From the NCBI GenBank assembly GCA_027450205.1, contig DAIDJL010000004.1, positions 75,932 through 139,931 of the forward strand: a stretch of 64,000 nt of DNA, given 5' to 3'. The notes beneath the pieces are model-generated. The model did no database searches. It was not told the DNA's origin and saw only the letters and a list, made by a program, of their open reading frames with translations. The position numbers and the translations under genes were made by a program. How positions within the stretch are numbered: position 1 is the first letter of the stretch; every line of letters starts with the position of its first letter. The DNA is from Candidatus Parcubacteria bacterium. GTDB lineage: Bacteria; Patescibacteriota; Minisyncoccia; UBA6257; 2-01-FULL-56-20. Positions 59,357 to 64,000 of this stretch are shown here, in pieces.

Positions 59357-60769
59357 ATGCCCATAAGAGCGGGGGATATTTCTTTTTATGCCGCGGCGGC
59401 ATTCATGTCCGGTGTGTTTGCGGCGAATATGGGTTGGAATTTATGGATGCTCGGCACGGCGAGTTTTACTGCCGGCGCAATGCTCGTTCTATATACCCGG
59501 ATATCTTGGAAGTATGCCGTGTTTATTCTTTTCGCAGCATTTGCCGGCGCACTCTATTATTCTGCGTATGTCCACTGGAATGCGGCGCACATCAGGCTGC
59601 CGGGCGGGAAACATGCTGCATTCTTTGGAGTGATAAAAGAAGAGCCGAAGCAGGCGGGGAATTTTATCATGCTTGCCGTTTCGCTTTCGCGCCCGTATGC
59701 CGGCGCGGTAGATATTTTTACTATGCCGGGCATCACCTCATTTCATTACGGCGACGAGCTATGGGTGAACGGATCGGTGGATGCCTCAAAAGATCCTGGC
59801 GCGTCGCCGGCGGTATTCCTGCCGCGATTGCGCGTGGTCGCGCAACACGAAGGGTTTTGGCTCAGGGAGTGGCTTATCGATCTCAAGGAGGCCATCATAA
59901 GGAAGATCGTAAAGATGCTGCCGCCGGATCAGGCCGCGCTCCTCGCCGGGATCATGGTCGGTACGACGGGTACGATAAGCGCCGCGCTCAGAGCCCAGAT
60001 GGAGATATCGGGTACGACATATATCGTGAATATGTTCGGATACAAGATCGCGCTTATCACCGCCGCGCTCGCTGCGGTGCTCAAGGATCGCCTGCCGCGC
60101 CGGTGGCTTCTCGCGGTCACGCTTGGCGTGGTCGCACTTTTTGTGCTCGCGTCTGGCGCCGGCGTTTCCGCGGTACGCGCGGCGGTGATGGGGTCGTTCG
60201 CCGTCATCGCACGCGGGACGGGAAAGGTGTTCAGTCCGCGGCACGCAGTGGCGTTCGCCGCACTCGGTATGGTGCTTGCGGACGCGACACTCCTCACCGA
60301 TGCCGGATTCCAGCTCTCATTTCTAAGCTTCATCGGCATCTATTACCTTGCCGATCCGGTCAATAATCTGTTCCGTTGGACCGACGGGGGAGTGTTGCAA
60401 TGGAAAGAACACGCGATGCTTTCACTGACCACCAATCTTGCGATCCTGCCGGTCGTGATAAATACGTTCGGCGAGTTTTCGCTGACGTCGTTCATCTCCA
60501 ATGTTCTTATCATGATCCCGTGGCTCGCGGTGTTCGCATTCGGCGGGCTTACCACCGTGCTTGGCAGCATCTTCCCGCCGCTCGCGTTCTGTGCGGTACA
60601 GGTTGTGGGCGTGCTCATGCAATATGAACTTTTTGTCATCCATTTGTTCAGCATCGCCGCCGTGCCGATGCCGGCGGTATTCGGTTCGCCGTTCGCGATC
60701 GCATTCTATTACGGCGCACTCATTGTTTTTACCTATTACTATGGCGCGCCAGCGCAAAATAATAATTGA
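59357..60769 (+). CDS. comEC: ComEC/Rec2 competence channel (membrane part)
   Basis: SAVRAAVM, DAGFQLSF, N-terminal OB-like region; start uncertain. Confidence 0.85.
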   Translation: MPIRAGDISFYAAAAFMSGVFAANMGWNLWMLGTASFTAGAMLVLYTRISWKYAVFILFAAFAGALYYSAYVHWNAAHIRLPGGKHAAFFGVIKEEPKQAGNFIMLAVSLSRPYAGAVDIFTMPGITSFHYGDELWVNGSVDASKDPGASPAVFLPRLRVVAQHEGFWLREWLIDLKEAIIRKIVKMLPPDQAALLAGIMVGTTGTISAALRAQMEISGTTYIVNMFGYKIALITAALAAVLKDRLPRRWLLAVTLGVVALFVLASGAGVSAVRAAVMGSFAVIARGTGKVFSPRHAVAFAALGMVLADATLLTDAGFQLSFLSFIGIYYLADPVNNLFRWTDGGVLQWKEHAMLSLTTNLAILPVVINTFGEFSLTSFISNVLIMIPWLAVFAFGGLTTVLGSIFPPLAFCAVQVVGVLMQYELFVIHLFSIAAVPMPAVFGSPFAIAFYYGALIVFTYYYGAPAQNNN

Positions 60770-61658
60770 CATCGGGAGCGCACTCGTCATTTTGGCGCTC
60801 ATTGTGCTTTCCGCGGCGGTAGGGGAAAGGATCTTTTTGGATGTTCGCACGCGGGCGAGCGGGAGCGGAGGAAATGGTGGCGGCAGTGGCAGCGCGGGCG
60901 CGTCGCACATCTATTTTTTCTCCGTGACACAGGGCGCGTCGTCGTTGCTTGTGTTGCCGGGCGGCATCACCGTGCTTACTGACGCGGGTTCCGATAATGC
61001 CATCGTGAACGAATTGCAAACAGTGATGCCGCCCAACGTCGGACAATACATTGACCTTGCGATCATTTCCTCCCCGCAATCTGCGGATTACGGGGGATAT
61101 CAATACCTTCTCGCGCACTATACCATTGGCGCGTTTTTATATAACGGCCGGAGCGATGCCGTGCATAAGACCGAGTGGCAGCAATTGATGACTGCGATCG
61201 TCACAAAACATATTCCACTCATCACTATAGCTGCGGGAGATCGTATTCGGTATGGCACCGATGCCGCTATAGACATTCTTTCGCCGGACGGCGATTTTGC
61301 GCATAGCGCGGACCCGAGCGATACCGGGATCGTCCAGCGGGTTGCAACGCCTGCATTCACCGTGTTGCTTGCTGCCGATATGGGTGCAAATGTTGAGAAT
61401 GCCTTGATTGCGCGAGGCAATGGCACGAACGCGACGGATTTGCGCGCAAACATCCTCAAGGCGCCGTTTCCCGGAGTGGGTACCGCCGCCGGAGACGTGT
61501 TCCTGCGCGCTGTTGCCCCCAAAACGGTGGTCGTTATGCCGGGAGTGAAGGGCACCGCGAGCGTGCCGACGAAGGCGATGCTCGCGCATCTGGCATCATC
61601 CACGAACGCGGCGATAGTGTCGCCCAAAGGCGGCTCTTTTTTGTTGTATAATAAGTAG
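60741..61658 (+). CDS. ComEC C-terminal metallo-beta-lactamase-like domain, separate and degenerate
   Basis: FFSVTQGASSL..LTDAG..IDLAIISSPQSADYGG. Confidence 0.75.
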   Translation: MARQRKIIIDIGSALVILALIVLSAAVGERIFLDVRTRASGSGGNGGGSGSAGASHIYFFSVTQGASSLLVLPGGITVLTDAGSDNAIVNELQTVMPPNVGQYIDLAIISSPQSADYGGYQYLLAHYTIGAFLYNGRSDAVHKTEWQQLMTAIVTKHIPLITIAAGDRIRYGTDAAIDILSPDGDFAHSADPSDTGIVQRVATPAFTVLLAADMGANVENALIARGNGTNATDLRANILKAPFPGVGTAAGDVFLRAVAPKTVVVMPGVKGTASVPTKAMLAHLASSTNAAIVSPKGGSFLLYNK

Positions 61659-61660
61659 AC

Positions 61661-63178
61661 ATGACACTCTTGATAAAGAACGTCCAGATCGTCGGCAAAG
61701 CGGGCGGCGTATCCGATCTCTTTGTGAGCGATAATAAGATATCCGCGATCGGGAATTTTCCCAATAAAAATGCCGCCGTGGTACTGGATGGGCAGGGAGC
61801 ATTTCTCAGTTCCGGTTTTATAGATTGCGACACCGCATCCGACCATTATCTTACCCTTTTTGACAGTCCAGGCCAGGAAGATTTCATACGCCAGGGGGTG
61901 ACGACAATCATGGGCGGGATGTGCGGCGCTTCGCTCGCGCCGCTTCTGTATGGTTCGCTCGAATCCATCCAAAAATGGGGCGACACGGATCGCATCAACG
62001 TCAACTGGCATACGATGGCGGAATTTTTTGCGGTGATGGACAGGCGTCCGGCGGCGGTGAACTTCGGGACGCTCGTCGGCCATTCGACCGTGCGTCGCGC
62101 GATCGTGGGCGAGTCGCTTCGTGACCTTACCAAAAACGAGCTTAGCGTTTTCGCGCGTACGCTCGAGGCTGCGCTACAGGAGGGTGCATTCGGATTGTCG
62201 ACGGGGCTTGGCTATGTGCATGCGCGCAAGACGCCGTATGCGGAACTGCGTCTGCTCGCGGAGATCGTAAAGAAATACCGGGGCGTGTATGCGACGCATC
62301 TTCGCCAGGACGGCGCCGGGGTCAGGGCGGCGGTGGAGGAAGCGATCAAGCTCGCAAAAGAGACCGGCGTGTCCACCCTTATCAGCCACTTCGGCCCGGT
62401 GCTCGGTGCGGAAAAGGAATATGAGTCAGCGCTTGCGCTCATCGAGGAGCTTCCTGCGGATGTCGACCTGCATTTTGATATTTCCCCGTCAACGAGCTCT
62501 CTCATGCCGATCTATACCTTCCTGCCTGAGTGGGCGCAGACAGGCGGGCTCAAGGTGATGGCCGCCAATATCCAGGATGAGTGGCTTCTGCCGCGCATCA
62601 TCAAAGACATTCCACCGCTCGACGAACGGAATTTTATCATCGCACAGGCGCCGGGAAACGATATTCTCGTAGGGCGGTCATTGAAGGAAGTCAGGGAAAT
62701 GTATGAGGTGAAGGACAGCCGCGACGCGCTCATACGCCTCATGCAGGCGTTGCAGCTGAAGGGGAGCGTGCTCTATAAGAATCTCGATGCGAACCTGATC
62801 GCGCGCGCGATCGAGAGCAAGCGGAGCCTCATCGCTTCCGCCGCGCCGAGCATCACCGCGGAGATGCCGGGAAAAAAGCATTTCAAGTCCGCGCGGACCA
62901 CCGCTACGTTCTCCTCGTTCCTTTCGCTCGCCGAGGAGCGGTCGCTTATGTCGTTCGAAGACGCCGTGCGGAAGATCACGCTGGATCCGGCAAAAAAATT
63001 CGGCATCGCGGGCAGGGGAGCCGTCGCGGAAGGGAATTTTGCGGATCTGGTGTGTTTCCGCCCCGGTGAAATAAAGTTCGCCGTCGTGAACGGTCGCGTG
63101 GTCGAAAAACAGGGCGAGTTCCAATCCGTGCTTTCCGGGAAAACACTTCGCCGTCCGGTGGGAAAAAAAATATCATAG
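61661..63178 (+). CDS. D-aminoacylase-like amidohydrolase
   Basis: GFID, QGVTT..GMCGAS, GLSTGL, YATHLR, ISHF. Confidence 0.8.
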   Translation: MTLLIKNVQIVGKAGGVSDLFVSDNKISAIGNFPNKNAAVVLDGQGAFLSSGFIDCDTASDHYLTLFDSPGQEDFIRQGVTTIMGGMCGASLAPLLYGSLESIQKWGDTDRINVNWHTMAEFFAVMDRRPAAVNFGTLVGHSTVRRAIVGESLRDLTKNELSVFARTLEAALQEGAFGLSTGLGYVHARKTPYAELRLLAEIVKKYRGVYATHLRQDGAGVRAAVEEAIKLAKETGVSTLISHFGPVLGAEKEYESALALIEELPADVDLHFDISPSTSSLMPIYTFLPEWAQTGGLKVMAANIQDEWLLPRIIKDIPPLDERNFIIAQAPGNDILVGRSLKEVREMYEVKDSRDALIRLMQALQLKGSVLYKNLDANLIARAIESKRSLIASAAPSITAEMPGKKHFKSARTTATFSSFLSLAEERSLMSFEDAVRKITLDPAKKFGIAGRGAVAEGNFADLVCFRPGEIKFAVVNGRVVEKQGEFQSVLSGKTLRRPVGKKIS

Positions 63179-63181
63179 CGC

Positions 63182-64000
63182 ATGGCACGGACCAGACGAA
63201 CGAATGCAGGCACGCCGGATTATTTTTTGATGGCGGCGTTATGCATACTTCTTGTTTTTGGCCTTGCGATGCTGGCGTCCGCTTCGTCGGACCTTGGCAA
63301 GCAGCTTTTCAACAATAGTTATTATTATCTGGAGCACCAGCTTGAGTTCGGCCTTACGGTCGGCCTGGCGGGATTCCTTGTTGCCTATTTCGTTCCGTAT
63401 TATAAGTTCAAAAATATCGCATTCGTACTTTTGCTGGTCAGTATGGCAGCACTTGTGCTCGTGTTTACGCCGCTTGGTACGGCGGCCAGCGGTTCCACCC
63501 GATGGCTTCGGCTCGGCCCGCTCAGCTTCCAGCCCGCAGAGCTGATGAAGTTCACCTATATTATGTATCTTGCCGCGTGGCTTTCCAACTCGAAGAAGCG
63601 CGCCACCGATTTCCAGTCGGGACTCCTGCCCTTCGCGGTCATCTCCGGGCTTATCGCGGTCCTGCTCGTGTTCCAGCCGGCAACGAGCACTGTTGCGATC
63701 CTTCTGTGTTCCGGCCTCGTCGTGTACTTCGTAAGCGGCGCGCCGTTGAAATATATTTTGGGCATCATCGCGATCGCCGTTGCCGGAGTGGCAATTCTCG
63801 TTGTCGCGACGCCATATCGCCTCGCGCGCGTCACCGGGTTTCTTAACCAGAGCAAAAATACGCAGGGGCAGAACTATCAGCTGAACCAGGCGCTGATCGC
63901 GATCGGTTCGGGCGGGCTCACCGGACAAGGATACGGCCAATCGGCCACGAAAGACAGCTATCTTCCCGCGCCGATCGATGATTCTATTTTTGCGGTCGTG
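63182..64000 (+). CDS. ftsW: SEDS protein FtsW/RodA (3'-truncated by window edge; not in ORF track)
   Basis: Hand translation MARTRRTNAGTPDYFLM...TRWLRLGPLSFQPAELMK...YQLNQALIAIGSGG. Confidence 0.88.
   Translation, partial: MARTRRTNAGTPDYFLMAALCILLVFGLAMLASASSDLGKQLFNNSYYYLEHQLEFGLTVGLAGFLVAYFVPYYKFKNIAFVLLLVSMAALVLVFTPLGTAASGSTRWLRLGPLSFQPAELMKFTYIMYLAAWLSNSKKRATDFQSGLLPFAVISGLIAVLLVFQPATSTVAILLCSGLVVYFVSGAPLKYILGIIAIAVAGVAILVVATPYRLARVTGFLNQSKNTQGQNYQLNQALIAIGSGGLTGQGYGQSATKDSYLPAPIDDSIFAVV

Overview
Chromosomal window of a Patescibacteria (CPR), probably Parcubacteria-like, bacterium. The taxonomy is inferred from a divergent stand-alone 16S gene, truncated SMC/RF1/Pyk/AspS, and DUF5652, DUF2914 and TraG/HerA-like genes. 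The genetic code looks standard. Most of the window is housekeeping (rnc, smc, murI, rpsP, efp, mnmA, proS, mreBCD-mrdA, pgk, pyk, mgtA, aspS, ndk, prfA, secDF, trmD, comEC, ftsW), with RNase P RNA, 16S rRNA and two tRNAs. The most unusual signals are: (1) a ~5.6 kb integrase-free array of promoter-SD-ORF-terminator cassettes downstream of rnpB, punctuated by five copies of the rnpB 3' end and five copies of a second conserved hairpin, and carrying candidate structured RNAs including a 16S helix-11 look-alike; (2) a 16S rRNA with no anti-Shine-Dalgarno tail, where host genes look leaderless but accessory genes have strong SD motifs; (3) a 101-nt repeat with compensatory base-pair changes, each copy enclosed by a different 20-bp stem; (4) a tRNA-Ala nested inside fragments of itself and a 20-bp inverted repeat; (5) an orphan ~260-nt structured transcript. 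All product calls come from motif recognition by eye; no database searches were run.
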